This document shows positions 52,296-52,759 of a DNA stretch of 52,759 nt, one piece after another. This stretch comes from Vicugna vicugna (taxonomy: Eukaryota). The notes beneath the pieces were generated by a model. It worked only from the letters and a program-made list of their open reading frames with translations, had not been told where the DNA came from and ran no database searches. The position numbers were made by a program, and so were the translations under genes. Within the stretch, counting starts at the first letter, position 1, and each line of letters begins with the position of its first letter. The stretch covers positions 124,001-176,759 of the forward strand of contig MU058294.1 in assembly GCA_013265495.1 (NCBI GenBank), in the 5' to 3' direction.

Positions 52296-52759
52296 CTGCC
52301 TTGAAGAGCGGAGAGGAGGTAATGGGAGAAATCACTTTTAAAATTTTGTTCGTCAGTCTATCAACAGTAAGACTTTTACTAGGGGTCTTGCCCCTGCTCC
52401 AGATGGCACCTAGTCCAAACGACTTTAAATTAAAAATGTTATGAACTACGCCTGGCTGACTAAGCTACCGTCACAGGAAATCAAATCACCTGTGGCAACA
52501 CTGGCATTGGATCCGCTCGGGGTTACACTCCTTGCAGCCTTGAGCTGAAAAGGTTACATTTCCTCTCGCTGCCGCCAGCTATAGTTGGCTTGCTTACGTC
52601 TTTCTGCTCATCAGCTTCCACCGCCGCTTTCATTGAGGTTTGTTCGAGAGCCGCTGCTGCTTGCCGCTGCCGCCGCTGCCCTGCCGCCGCCACTGCTTGC
52701 CGCTGCCCTGCCGCCGCCGCTACTTGCCGCTGCCCTGCCGCCCCCGCTGCCCCACCGCC
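51400..52759. promoter_or_regulatory. GPR158: CpG-island-like GC-rich region over GPR158 exon 1 and its 5' UTR/promoter-proximal sequence
   Basis: GC and CpG content rise sharply relative to the AT-rich remainder of the window, at and upstream of the start codon. Confidence 0.7.
52650..52759. repeat. GCC/GCT-rich tandem repeat with a ~27-bp unit, upstream of the GPR158 ATG
   Basis: Units: 52667-52693 ctgccgccgctgccctgccgccgccac; 52694-52720 tgcttgccgctgccctgccgccgccgc; 52721-52747 tacttgccgctgccctgccgcccccgc. Confidence 0.85.

Overview
AT-rich, repeat-dense mammalian genomic DNA. The tRNA-derived SINEs resemble the camelid Vic-1 family, so the source is probably alpaca, llama or camel (inference). 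The window holds the 5' part of GPR158 (class C GPCR, the metabotropic glycine receptor mGlyR, partner of RGS7-Gbeta5) on the minus strand: a GC-rich 5' region, coding exon 1 (52295-51393), a ~26.4 kb intron 1, the 106-bp exon 2 (25012-24907) and the start of intron 2, which runs off the left edge. The main observation is that this GPR158 copy looks inactivated by two independent lesions 27 kb apart. A 1-bp insertion at codon 85 (TAC>TAAC) gives an immediate stop and frameshift, and a TAG replaces Gln317 in exon 2. There are also many CpG-type missense changes, while all three splice sites in view are intact. This points to a non-processed (unitary or duplicated) GPR158 pseudogene. The introns contain L1, L2, CR1/L3, MIR, MaLR/ERVL LTR, hAT and Tc2 relics, camelid SINEs, two local tandem duplications, a hairpin-loop micro-inversion inside a SINE and a 15-N gap. 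Repeat family names and human/mouse GPR158 comparisons come from memory, not from a search.
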